Positions 37,101 to 50,359 of a stretch of DNA of 64,000 nucleotides are shown piece by piece. The DNA is taken from assembly GCA_032718475.1 (NCBI GenBank), contig JAUCBJ010006077.1:1-64000 (forward strand). The letters are read 5' to 3'. This stretch comes from Nemertoderma westbladi (lineage: Eukaryota > Animalia > Xenacoelomorpha). The translations under genes and the position numbers were made by a program. How positions within the stretch are numbered: the stretch's first letter is position 1; the number at the start of each line of letters is the position of its first letter. The notes beneath the pieces were generated by a model. It was not told the DNA's origin and made no database searches. It was given only the letters and a program-made list of their open reading frames with translations.

Positions 37101-39864
37101 CGAACATAGGGAATGCCTACTAACTGTATGTATTGTACGATGTACAACTAACATTGGGAATGCCTACTAACTGTATGTACGGTGTACAACTAACATAGGG
37201 AATGCCTACTAACTGTATGTATTGTACGATGTACAACTAACATTGGGAATGCCTACTAACTGTATGTACGGTGTACAACTAACATTGGGAATGCCTACTA
37301 ACTGTATGTACGATGTACAACGAACATTGGGAATGCCTACTAACTGTATGTACGATGTACAACTAACATAGGGAATGCCTACTAACTGTATGTATTGTAC
37401 GATGTACAACTAACATTGGGAATGCCTACTAACTGTATGTACGGTGTACAACTAACATTGGGAATGCCTACTAACTGTATGTACGATGTACAACGAACAT
37501 TGGGAATGCCTACTAACTGTATGTACGATGTACAACGAACATAGGGAATGCCTACTAACTGTATGTACGATGTACAACGAACATTGGGAATGCCTACTAA
37601 CTGTATGTACGATGTACAACGAACATAGGGAATGCCTACTAACTGTATGTATTGTACGATGTACAACTAACATTGGGAATGCCTACTAACTGTATGTACG
37701 ATGTACAACTAACATTGGGAATGCCTACTAACTGTATGTACGATGTACAACGAACATTGGGAATGCCTACTAACTGTATGTACGATGTACAACTAACATT
37801 GGGAATGCCTACTAACTGTATGTACGATGTACAACGAACATTGGGAATGCCTACTAACTGTATATACGATGTACAACGAACATTGGGAATGCCTACTAAC
37901 TGTATGTACGATGTACAACGAACATTGGGAATGCCTACTAACTGTATATACGATGTACAACTAACATTGGGAATGCCTACTAACTGTATGTACGATGTAC
38001 AACTAACATTGGGAATGCCTACTAACTGTATGTACGATGTATAACTAACATTGGGAATGCCTACTAACTGTATGTACGGTGTACAACTAACATTGGGAAT
38101 GCCTACTAACTGTATGTATTGTACGATGTACAACTAACATTGGGAATGCCTACTAACTGTATGTACGATGTACAACGAACATAGGGAATGCCTACTAACT
38201 GTATGTACGATGTACAACGAACATTGGGAATGCCTACTAACTGTATGTACGATGTACAACGAACATAGGGAATGCCTACTAACTGTATGTACGATGTACA
38301 ACGAACATAGGGAATGCCTACTAACTGTATGTACGATGTACAACGAACATAGAGGGAATGCCTACTAACTGTATGTATTGTACGATGTACAACTAACATT
38401 GGGAATGCCTACTAACTGTATGTACGATGTACAACTAACATTGGGAATGCCTACTAACTGTATGTACGATGTACAACGAACATAGGGAATGCCTACTAAC
38501 TGTATGTATTGTACGATGTACAACTAACATTGGGAATGCCTACTAACTGTATGTACGGTGTAGAACTAACATTGGGAATGCATACTAACTGTATGTGCGG
38601 TGTACAACTAACATTGGGAATGCCTACTAACTGTATGTACGATGTACAACTAACATTGGGAATGCCTACTAACTGTATGTACGATGTACAACGAACATAG
38701 GGAATGCCTACTAACTGTATGTATTGTACGATGTACAACTAACATTGGGAATGCCTACTAACTGTATGTACGGTGTACAACTAACATAGGGAATGCCTAC
38801 TAACTGTATGTACGGTGTACAACTAACATTGGGAATGCCTACTAACTGTATGTACGATGTACAACTAACATTGGGAATGCCTACTAACTGTATGTACGAT
38901 GTACAACGAACATTGGGAATGCCTACTAACTGTATGTACGATGTACAACGAACATTGGGAATGCCTACTAACTGTATGTACGATGTACAACGAACATAGG
39001 GAATGCCTACTAACTGTATGTATTGTACGATGTACAACTAACATTGGGAATGCCTACTAACTGTATGTACGGTGTACAACTAACATTGATTGGGAATGCC
39101 TACTAACTGTATGTACGGTGTACAACTAACATTGATGGGGAATGCCTACTAACTACAACGAACATTGGAAATGCCTACTAACTGTATGTACGATGTACAA
39201 CGAACATAGGGAATGCCTACTAACTGTATGTATTGTACGATGTACAACGAGCATTGGGAATGCCTACTAACTGTATGTACGATGTACAACTAACATTGGG
39301 AATGCCTACTAACTGTATGTACGATGTACAACGAACATTGGGAATGCCTACTAACTGTATGTACGATGTACAACTAACATTGGGAATGCCTACTAACTGT
39401 ATGTACGATGTACAACGAACATTGGGAATGCCTACTAACTGTATGTACGGTGTACAACTAACATTGGGAATGCCTACTAACTGTATGTACGATGTACAAC
39501 TAACATTGATGGGGAATGCCTACTAACTGTATGTACGATGTACAACTAACATGGGAATGTCTACTAACTGTATGTACGATGTACAACGAACATTGGGAAT
39601 GCCTACTAACTGTATGTACGATGTACAACGAACATTGGGAATGCCTACTAACTGTATGTACGATGTACAACGAACATTGGGAATGCCTACTAACTGTATG
39701 TACGATGTACAACGAACATTGGGAATTCCATACTAACTGTATGTACGATGTACAACGAACATTGGGAATGCCTACTAACTGTATGTACGATGTACAACGA
39801 ACATAGGGAATGCCTACTAACTGTATGTATTGTACGATGTACAACTAACATTGGGAATGCCTAT
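34112..39864 (+). repeat. 42-bp minisatellite (AACTAACATTGGGAATGCCTACTAACTGTATGTACGATGTAC, with 47-bp variants), ~135 copies
   Basis: Directly visible; contains a 1591-bp higher-order duplication. Confidence 0.97.
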
Positions 39865-42628
39865 TGTAAGTAGGCCTACGACGTACGAACGGTAATAAAT
39901 TGATTTATAGATAAATTATTATGGATAATCGAATAATAATATCATTTTGGAATTCAACTGATTATTCAAGTACGTTAAGTACCGGTACCGGAAAAAAAAC
40001 CTCACCCGGTAGGTGGTATTCAACGTCTAAACATGACCTTTAATACAGTCAGCCAACCTCTATTGGGTCCGAGTGGAGACACTACACTATGTGGTTGAGC
40101 AGTCTTACCCTGTTCAGGTTCACTTCCTTCTTCGGCAGTCCCATCCTGCTCTTATCTTACCGCGTTCGGACAAGCATTGAATGTTGTGTCCAACATATCC
40201 CCCCTTACAATAGGGACACGACGAAGACCCTGTCCGGGACAAGATATTTCAGTGATGGGGAAGACTGGCGCAGTTTATATTGATAAAAACAAACCGAACT
40301 TGTCGTGGGGTGTGTATTGGTATGAGACAGACGCCCTAACCTTCCAACCAACAGGTCGGTCGCACGACCTCGGTACCTAAACTTAGAGATAGTGTGCCTG
40401 TGATCTTCAACGGCCGTATGGTCCTCCGGGTCAATAAGGCAGGCGTTAACTTGTAACGGCAGTATTAAACAACGAAATACCTAGTAAACAATCACATAGG
40501 CGATATGGCCTACTACAGAACAAAATTTAAAAGCCTTAATCAAAATGTTGGGTTTGTTGAATTACAATCAATCATTCCATTTACTGTACGGCGATATTTA
40601 TATAACATCCGCCCCGAAATAAAAAGCTAAATAAAATAATTCGCGAAATTATAGCAATTACGACAGGATTTTAATACTCCTTGATATTGATAATAATATG
40701 AGAATTAGCATTAAGCATATACAGCACAACACGCCTTACATATTTAATATGAAATTACTATGCATTATTAACATTATTATATATTATAAATATCAACATT
40801 AGTTATACCGAACACACAAACCGAGCATAACCGAGCACGTAACCGAGCATACGTGTGAGTTAAATCTAATTAAATAGGCACGTAATAATTAAATAGGAAT
40901 GTAATAATCACAAAACCAATTAGGGCTCTAATTTTTATGCCAAATAATAAAATAAGTGTACAAACTAATGACAAGCCAAAACAAATAATATAAAACTGCC
41001 TAATAGTATGTTTGATAACATCAGAACAAATAGGAGTATAAGTGATATAATAATCAAATTCCATCAAATCAAAACTATGAATTAGAGTCCAGCGAAAAAC
41101 ACGCGGATTTATTTTCCATGAATTGGCCACTTTTTCATTTTTCGAAATTTAATTTGCGTGATTCTTTAATTATTGATCTGGTGATTTTTAATTAAAATTG
41201 GAAATTAGCAGATTGCGATTTTGGAAGGATTAAATACCGCCGATCCAATCGTGTTTCGTCATATCATTAACTGAGAGGTTCTAATGAATACAAACATTCA
41301 TTAGCCTTTATACCAATTACACTTCTCAAGGCATTATTTATTATTATTTATTTTCAGTTAATTATGGAAATTGTCGCAAATGAAGTTACAATATTCTATA
41401 TTTAAATTATAAAATACTGCAAATATTCATGTAAAGTCGCAGGGTCAACATGTGTTTGACCACCGGACTTTAACGCTTGGGGTACAAAAATATACAAAAA
41501 GAACAAAAACTACAAGATAATTCCATCTTCTTTCTCATTATCATTAATCTGGAAATTGATTTATTGATATTAAATAAATATGTAACAACCCGTGTTAGTA
41601 GAAAACAATTCAATTGGCAAAATTGTTGTACGCTTCAACATAGCAAATGTATGATGTGGTGCTGATTTATCCATTACAAAATATGCCAAAATAAGATTTC
41701 GCTGCTACAGTCAGTCATAAATTAAAATACATAATATTATTAAATCAATAAGTGTTTAATTTACTTATAGTTTGTGTTAGATTTAAAAATATAAAAAAAA
41801 AAACGAAAATTACCCACTGTTACAATTACAACGATATAAAAAATACAAATAAAATATTATTATTGAAGTATAAAAAAACATCAATGTATTTACCAGAAAA
41901 CTTACAATAATACGACCCAACTACAAATCAGGGCCATGATAAATACGTTTTATCTAAATAATTAGAGAGTTCGACTATCAGATCATTAGTACAAAAAATT
42001 ACTTGGTAATGTTAAAAGATGTCCACCCCACGTAGATAATGGTAGGTTTCAAAATGGTAGTGAAAATCATCTCAACACACCCGGTGAAAAATAATTGAAA
42101 CCATAATGTTGATGAGACAATGGAAGAACTTAAAGGTTATTTAAACGTTGGCTGTGGGTGTTGGACGATGGATTATTTATTATATCCTATAAAGTAATGA
42201 AGTTGTGTGGCTCAAGCCTCTCCGGCAAAAAGTAAATCGATGAAAAAACAAGTTACACAAAAAATGGACCCCCAATAGACCAGACCAAGAGATTGGGGGG
42301 TGGGGGGGATTCACGCAAGTGTATATCAATATCCCGCCTCCGGTGAATCAACAATGTTACATATGAATTTAGGGAAAGGAGCAGGTTACAGTGGCACGCC
42401 CCCACCCCCCCCCCCCCCCCCCCCCAACCACACGTGATGAGAAAATCAGGTCTATCTATACAATTAAAAAATAAAAAAGCACCAAAGAAAAGTACACTAT
42501 ATGGTTTATGAGTTTAAATAAATAAACTTATCATTCCGTCTGTTACAAACTAAAAGGTAGATACAGATACGTCACTATAAAGATTTTACATATAAAGGCA
42601 CTGGAGTAGATTTAGTTGAAGTTTCTTT

Positions 42629-45600
42629 GCACAACATTGGAGATACATGAGATTCTATAGAGACAGGTTGGTTAAATACTTACTGTTACTATCACTGAAC
42701 GCACAATATTGGAGATACATGAGATTCTATAGAGACAGGTTGGTTAACACTTACTGTTACTATCACTGAACGCACAACATTGGAGATACATGAGATTCTA
42801 TAGAGACAGGTTGGTTAACACTTACTGTTACTATCACTGAACGCACAACATTGGAGATACATGAGATTCTATAGAGACAGGTTGGTTAAATACTTACTGT
42901 TACTATCACTGAACGCACAACATTGGAGATACATGAGATTCTATAGAGACAGGTTGGTTAACACTTACTGTTACTATCACTGAACGCACAATATTGGAGA
43001 TACATGAGATTCTATAGAGACAGGTTGGTTAACACTTACTGTTACTATCACTGAACGCACAATATTGGAGATACATGAGATTCTATAGAGACAGGTTGGT
43101 TAAATACTTACTGTTACTATCACTGAACGCACAATATTGGAGATACATGAGATTCTATAGAGACAGGTTGGTTAAATACGTACTGTTACTATCACTGAAC
43201 GCACAATATTGGAGATACATGAGATTCTATAGAGACAGGTTGGTTAAATACTTACTGTTACTATCACTGAACGCACAATATTGGAGATACATGAGATTCT
43301 ATAGAGACAGGTTGGTTAACACTTACTGTTACTATCACTGAACGCACAACATTGGAGATACATGAGATTCTATAGAGACAGGTTGGTTAACACTTACTGT
43401 TACTATCACTGATCGCACAATATTGGAGATACATGAGATTCTATAGAGACAGGTTGGTTAAATACTTACTGTTACTATCACTGAACGCACAATATTGGAG
43501 ATACATGAGATTCTATAGAGACAGGTTGGTTAAACTTACTGTTACTATCACTGAACGCACAATATTGGAGATACATGAGATTCTATAGAGACAGGTTGGT
43601 TAACACTTACTGTTACTATCACTGAACGCACAACATTGGAGATACATGAGATTCTATAGAGACAGGTTGGTTAACACTTACTGTTACTATCACTGAACGC
43701 ACAATATTGGAGATACATGAGATTCTATAGAGACAGGTTGGTTAAATACTTACTGTTACTATCACTGAACGCACAATATTGGAGATACATGAGATTCTAT
43801 AGAGACAGGTTGGTTAAATACTTACTGTTACTATCACTGAACGCACAATATTGGAGATACATGAGATTCTATAGAGACAGGTTGGTTAAATACTTACTGT
43901 TACTATCACTGAACGCACAATATTGGAGATACATGAGATTCTATAGAGACAGGTTGGTTAAATACTTACTGTTACTATCACTGAACGCACAACATTGGAG
44001 ATACATGAGATTCTATAGAGACAGGTTGGTTAAATACTTACTGTTACTATCACTGAACGCACAATATTGGAGATACATGAGATTCTATAGAGACAGGTTG
44101 GTTAAATACTTACTGTTACTATCACTGAACGCACAATATTGGAGATACATGAGATTCTATAGAGACAGGTTGGTTAAATACTTACTGTTACTATCACTGA
44201 ACGCACAATATTGGAGATACATGAGATTCTATAGAGACAGGTTGGTTAAATACTTACTGTTACTATCACTGAACGCACAATATTGGAGATACATGAGATT
44301 CTATAGAGACAGGTTGGTTAAATACTTACTGTTACTATCACTGAACGCACAATATTGGAGATACATGAGATTCTATAGAGACAGGTTGGTTAACACTTAC
44401 TGTTACTATCACTGATCGCACAATATTGGAGATACATGAGATTCTATAGAGACAGGTTGGTTAAATACTTACTGTTACTATCACTGAACGCACAACATTG
44501 GAGATACATGAGATTCTATAGAGACAGGTTGGTTAAATACTTACTGTTACTATCACTGATCGCACAACATTGGAGATACATGAGATTCTATAGAGACAGG
44601 TTGGTTAAATACTTACTGTTACTATCACTGAACGCACAATATTGGAGATACATGAGATTCTATAGAGACAGGTTGGTTAACACTTACTGTTACTATCACT
44701 GAACGCACAACATTGGAGATACATGAGATTCTATAGAGACAGGTTGGTTAACACTTACTGTTACTATCACTGAACGCACAACATTGGAGATACATGAGAT
44801 TCTATAGAGACAGGTTGGTTAAATACTTACTGTTACTATCACTGAACGCACAATATTGGAGATACATGAGATTCTATAGAGACAGGTTGGTTAAATACTT
44901 ACTGTTACTATCACTGAACGCACAATATTGGAGATACATGAGATTCTATAGAGACAGGTTGGTTAACACTTACTGTTACTATCACTGAACGCACAACATT
45001 GGAGATACATGAGATTCTATAGAGACAGGTTGGTTAAATACTTACTGTTACTATCACTGAACGCACAATATTGGAGATACATGAGATTCTATAGAGACAG
45101 GTTGGTTAACACTTACTGTTACTATCACTGAACGCACAACATTGGAGATACATGAGATTCTATAGAGACAGGTTGGTTAACACTTACTGTTACTATCACT
45201 GAACGCACAACATTGGAGATACATGAGATTCTATAGAGACAGGTTGGTTAAATACTTACTGTTACTATCACTGAACGCACAATATTGGAGATACATGAGA
45301 TTCTATAGAGACAGGTTGGTTAAATACTTACTGTTACTATCACTGAACGCACAATATTGGAGATACATGAGATTCTATAGAGACAGGTTGGTTAACACTT
45401 ACTGTTACTATCACTGAACGCACAACATTGGAGATACATGAGATTCTATAGAGACAGGTTGGTTAACACTTACTGTTACTATCACTGAACGCACAATATT
45501 GGAGATACATGAGATTCTATAGAGACAGGTTGGTTAAATACTTACTGTTACTATCACTGAACGCACAATATTGGAGATACATGAGATTCTATAGAGACAG

Positions 45601-48600
45601 GTTGGTTAAATACTTACTGTTACTATCACTGAACGCACAACATTGGAGATACATGAGATTCTATAGAGACAGGTTGGTTAAATACTTACTGTTACTATCA
45701 CTGAACGCACAACATTGGAGATACATGAGATTCTATAGAGACAGGTTGGTTAAATACTTACTGTTACTATCACTGAACGCACAATATTGGAGATACATGA
45801 GATTCTATAGAGACAGGTTGGTTAAATACTTACTGTTACTATCACTGAACGCACAATATTGGAGATACATGAGATTCTATAGAGACAGGTTGGTTAACAC
45901 TTACTGTTACTATCACTGAACGCACAATATTGGAGATACATGAGATTCTATAGAGACAGGTTGGTTAAATACTTACTGTTACTATCACTGAACGCACAAC
46001 ATTGGAGATACATGAGATTCTATAGAGACAGGTTGGTTAAATACTTACTGTTACTATCACTGAACGCACAATATTGGAGATACATGAGATTCTATAGAGA
46101 CAGGTTGGTTAAATACTTACTGTTACTATCACTGAACGCACAACATTGGAGATACATGAGATTCTATAGAGACAGGTTGGTTAAATACTTACTGTTACTA
46201 TCACTGAACGCACAACATTGGAGATACATGAGATTCTATAGAGACAGGTTGGTTAAATACTTACTGTTACAATCACTGAACGCACAATATTGGAGATACA
46301 TGAGATTCTATAGAGACAGGTTGGTTAAATACTTACTGTTACTATCACTGAACGCACAATATTGGAGATACATGAGATTCTATAGAGACAGGTTGGTTAA
46401 ATACTTACTGTTACTATCACTGAACGCACAATATTGGAGATACATGAGATTCTATAGAGACAGGTTGGTTAAATACTTACTGTTACAATCACTGAACGCA
46501 CAATATTGGAGATACATGAGATTCTATAGAGACAGGTTGGTTAAATACTTACTGTTACTATCACTGAACGCACAATATTGGAGATACATGAGATTCTATA
46601 GAGACAGGTTGGTTAAATACTTACTGTTACAATCACTGAACGCACAATATTGGAGATACATGAGATTCTATAGAGACAGGTTGGTTAAATACTTACTGTT
46701 ACTATCACTGAACGCACAATATTGGAGATACATGAGATTCTATAGAGACAGGTTGGTTAAATACTTACTGTTACAATCACTGAACGCACAATATTGGAGA
46801 TACATGAGATTCTATAGAGACAGGTTGGTTAAATACTTACTGTTACTATCACTGAACGCACAATATTGGAGATACATGAGATTCTATAGAGACAGGTTGG
46901 TTAAATACTTACTGTTACTATCACTGAACGCACAATATTGGAGATACATGAGATTCTATAGAGACAGGTTGGTTAAATACTTACTGTTACTATCACTGAA
47001 CGCACAATATTGGAGATACATGAGATTCTATAGAGACAGGTTGGTTAAATACTTACTGTTACTATCACTGAACGCACAATATTGGAGATACATGAGATTC
47101 TATAGAGACAGGTTGGTTAAATACTTACTGTTACTATCACTGAACGCACAATATTGGAGATACATGAGATTCTATAGAGACAGGTTGGTTAAATACTTAC
47201 TGTTACTATCACTGAACGCACAACATTGGAGATACATGAGATTCTATAGAGACAGGTTGGTTAACACTTACTGTTACTATCACTGAACGCACAATATTGG
47301 AGATACATGAGATTCTATAGAGACAGGTTGGTTAAATACTTACTGTTACTATCACTGAACGCACAATATTGGAGATACATGAGATTCTATAGAGACAGGT
47401 TGGTTAAATACTTACTGTTACTATCACTGAACGCACAATATTGGAGATACATGAGATTCTATAGAGACAGGTTGGTTAAATACTTACTGTTACTATCACT
47501 GAACGCACAATATTGGAGATACATGAGATTCTATAGAGACAGGTTGGTTAAATACTTACTGTTACTATCACTGAACGCACAATATTGGAGATACATGAGA
47601 TTCTATAGAGACAGGTTGGTTAAATACTTACTGTTACTATCACTGAACGCACAATATTGGAGATACATGAGATTCTATAGAGACAGGTTGGTTAAATACT
47701 TACTGTTACTATCACTGAACGCACAATATTGGAGATACATGAGATTCTATAGAGACAGGTTGGTTAAATACTTACTGTTACTATCACTGAACGCACAATA
47801 TTGGAGATACATGAGATTCTATAGAGACAGGTTGGTTAAATACTTACTGTTACTATCACTGAACGCACAATATTGGAGATACATGAGATTCTATAGAGAC
47901 AGGTTGGTTAAATACTTACTGTTACTATCACTGAACGCACAATATTGGAGATACATGAGATTCTATAGAGACAGGTTGGTTAAATACTTACTGTTACTAT
48001 CACTGAACGCACAATATTGGAGATACATGAGATTCTATAGAGACAGGTTGGTTAAATACTTACTGTTACTATCACTGAACGCACAATATTGGAGATACAT
48101 GAGATTCTATAGAGACAGGTTGGTTAAATACTTACTGTTACAATCACTGAACGCACAATATTGGAGATACATGAGATTCTATAGAGACAGGTTGGTTAAA
48201 TACTTACTGTTACTATCACTGAACGCACAACATTGGAGATACATGAGATTCTATAGAGACAGGTTGGTTAAATACTTACTGTTACAATCACTGAACGCAC
48301 AATATTGGAGATACATGAGATTCTATAGAGACAGGTTGGTTAACACTTACTGTTACTATCACTGAACGCACAATATTGGAGATACATGAGATTCTATAGA
48401 GACAGGTTGGTTAAATACTTACTGTTACTATCACTGAACGCACAATATTGGAGATACATGAGATTCTATAGAGACAGGTTGGTTAAATACTTACTGTTAC
48501 TATCACTGAACGCACAATATTGGAGATACATGAGATTCTATAGAGACAGGTTGGTTAAATACTTACTGTTACTATCACTGAACGCACAATATTGGAGATA

Positions 48601-49297
48601 CATGAGATTCTATAGAGACAGGTTGGTTAAATACTTACTGTTACTATCACTGAACGCACAATATTGGAGATACATGAGATTCTATAGAGACAGGTTGGTT
48701 AAATACTTACTGTTACAATCACTGAACGCACAATATTGGAGATACATGAGATTCTATAGAGACAGGTTGGTTAACACTTACTGTTACTATCACTGATCGC
48801 ACAACATTGGAGATACATGAGATTCTATAGAGACAGGTTGGTTAAATACTTACTGTTACTATCACTGAACGCACAACATTGGAGATACATGAGATTCTAT
48901 AGAGACAGGTTGGTTAAATACTTACTGTTACTATCACTGAACGCACAATATTGGAGATACATGAGATTCTATAGAGACAGGTTGGTTAAATACTTACTGT
49001 TACTATCACTGAACGCACAACATTGGAGATACATGAGATTCTATAGAGACAGGTTGGTTAAATACTTACTGTTACTATCACTGAACGCACAATATTGGAG
49101 ATACATGAGATTCTATAGAGACAGGTTGGTTAAATACTTACTGTTACTATCACTGAAAGCACAATATTGGAGATACATGAGATTCTATAGAGACAGGTTG
49201 GTTAAATACTTACTGTTACTATCACTGAACGCACAATATTGGAGATACATGAAATTCTATAGAGACAGGTTGGTTAAATACTTACTGTTACTATCAC
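42629..49297 (+). repeat. 72-bp minisatellite (TTGGAGATACATGAGATTCTATAGAGACAGGTTGGTTAAATACTTACTGTTACTATCACTGAACGCACAATA, with 71-bp variants), ~93 copies
   Basis: Directly visible and extremely homogeneous. Confidence 0.97.
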
Positions 49298-49409
49298 ACA
49301 GACAGACAGTACTACTTGCTGGATCATCTGAAACTGGTAATAAAAGCGGTTAGATTGTTAAAAATATAAAACTTCGGAAGGCGGACTTAGTTAGACTTAG
49401 ATAGTACCG

Positions 49410-50338
49410 GTAGCTGTATGTTAGTAGCTGTATGTTAGTAGCTGTATGTTAGTAGCTGTATGTTAGTAGCTGTATGTTAGTAGCTGTATGTTAGTAGCTG
49501 TATGTTAGCAGCTGTATGTTAGTAGCTGTATGTTAGTAGCTGTATGTTAGTAGCTGTATGTTAGTAGCCGTATGTTAGTAGCTGTATGTTAGTAGCTGTA
49601 TGTTAGTAGCTGTATGTTAGTAGCTGTATGTTAGTAGCTGTATGTTAGTAGCTGTATGTTAGTAGCTGTATGTTAGTAGCTGTATGTTAGTAGCTGTATG
49701 TTAGTAGCTGTATGTTAGTAGCTGTATGTTAGTAGCTGTATGTTAGTAGCTGTATGTTAGTAGCTGTATGTTAGTAGCTGTATGTTAGTAGCTGTATGTT
49801 AGTAGCTGTATGTTAGTAGCTGTATGTTAGTAGCTGTATGTTAGTAGCTGTATGTTAGTAGCTGTATGTTAGTAGCTGTATGTTAGTAGCTGTATGTAAG
49901 TAGCTGTATGTAAGTAGCTGTATGTTAGTAGCTGTATGTTAGTAGCTGTATGTTAGTAGCTGTATGTTAGTAGCTGTATGTTAGTAGCTGTATGTTAGTA
50001 GCTGTATGTTAGTAGCTGTATGTTAGTAGCTGTATGTTAGTAGCCGTATGTTAGTAGCTGTATGTTAGTAGCTGTATGTTAGTAGCTGTATGTTAGTAGC
50101 TGTATGTTAGTAGCTGTATGTTAGTAGCTGTATGTTAGTAGCTGTATGTTAGTAGCTGTATGTTAGTAGCTGTATGTTAGTAGCTGTATGTTAGTAGCTG
50201 TATGTTAGTAGCTGTATGTTAGTAGCTGTATGTTAGTAGCTGTATGTTAGTAGCTGTATGTTAGTAGCTGTATGTTAGTAGCTGTATGTTAGTAGCTGTA
50301 TGTTAGTAGCTGTATGTTAGTAGCTGTATGTTAGTAGC
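49410..50338 (-). repeat. 14-bp minisatellite (plus: GTAGCTGTATGTTA), ~66 copies, starting 21 bp after the copine B stop
   Basis: Directly visible; very few variant units. Confidence 0.97.
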
Positions 50339-50359
50339 GGTGTGGTAGATCTATGTATC

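Noticed and set aside
34050-39844. Many overlapping repetitive ORFs on both strands
   Set aside because: Translations of the 42-bp minisatellite, broken by 47-bp variants.
40040-40460. GC-elevated island, possibly a TE fragment or exon
   Set aside because: No motif, terminal repeat or recognisable ORF that I can identify.
24038-49297. CRISPR-like appearance of the 37-, 42- and 72-bp repeats
   Set aside because: Units are head-to-tail with no unique spacers, there are no cas genes, and the context is eukaryotic with spliceosomal introns.
43075-49353. Long repetitive ORFs (MRFYRDRLVKYLLLLSLNAQYWRY)n up to 448 aa
   Set aside because: By-product of a stop-free 72-bp unit; frequent 71-bp variants shift the frame and there are no unique coding flanks.
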